From Tubiluchus corallicola (Eukaryota > Animalia > Priapulida), in contig JAQGDQ010000208.1 in assembly GCA_030141605.1 (NCBI GenBank), forward strand, positions 186,001-250,000: a stretch of DNA of 64,000 bases, in the 5' to 3' direction. The translations under genes and the position numbers were made by a program. Positions within the stretch are counted from its first letter, which is position 1. Every line of letters starts with the position of its first letter. Shown one piece after another: positions 63,700 to 64,000 of the stretch. Below the pieces are notes generated by a model. That model was not told the origin of the DNA. It searched no databases and saw nothing but the letters and a program-made list of their open reading frames with translations.

Positions 63700-63980
63700 T
63701 TTATTAGAGCACTCTACTGTTTCCTGTCTGCAGTTAAAATGTTCAATCCCTGCGATACTAATGTTAGCTTTGGTTCCAGCTGTTGTAAATCCTTGATATC
63801 CAGGTTGTCTTTGGTTTGCCTGGAGGTCGTTTAGTAGGTTTCAGTGCCTCGTTTAATGCTAATCTTACTGGTATTCTTTCGTCAATCTCATTAAAATTTA
63901 ATGTCCTATCAAACTTAGTCTTCAGATTTTTGTGCTCCAGCGTTTTTTTTGGTTCTGTTACACAGCTGCTCATTTGAAAT
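63700..63980 (-). mobile_element. Decayed RTE-like LINE 3' fragment
   Basis: DERIPVRLALNEALKPTKRPPGKPKTTWISRI, homologous to the 31118-31530 fragments. Confidence 0.7.
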
Positions 63981-64000
63981 GATATATGTCATTTTATTTT

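Overview
AT-rich, intron-containing eukaryotic DNA, most likely from an invertebrate animal; the species cannot be determined from this window. Host genes: (1) last coding exon of a RAD6/UBE2A-B E2 enzyme; (2) a head-to-head pair of C/EBP bZIP genes, a short C/EBPgamma-type on the minus strand and a two-exon C/EBPalpha/beta-type on the plus strand, with C/EBP-ATF, CRE and CCAAT sites between them; (3) two tandem DNase I-family paralogues with 8 coding exons each. Copy A ends in a GPI-anchor-like hydrophobic tail, while copy B has a stop just before a still-recognisable, decayed version of that tail. The rest is mostly transposon-derived: an intact BEL/Pao LTR retrotransposon with LTRs identical by eye, a young 5'-truncated RTE LINE, a TTAA-targeting DNA transposon inserted into one arm of an old inverted duplication, a nested foldback-type element, decayed LINEs, MITEs, a tRNA-derived SINE and microsatellites. 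I found no CRISPR, rRNA or bona fide tRNA, and nothing I can honestly call a wholly new biological system. The best leads are the membrane-anchored versus secreted DNase I pair and the C/EBP pair. All alignments and splice calls were made by eye.
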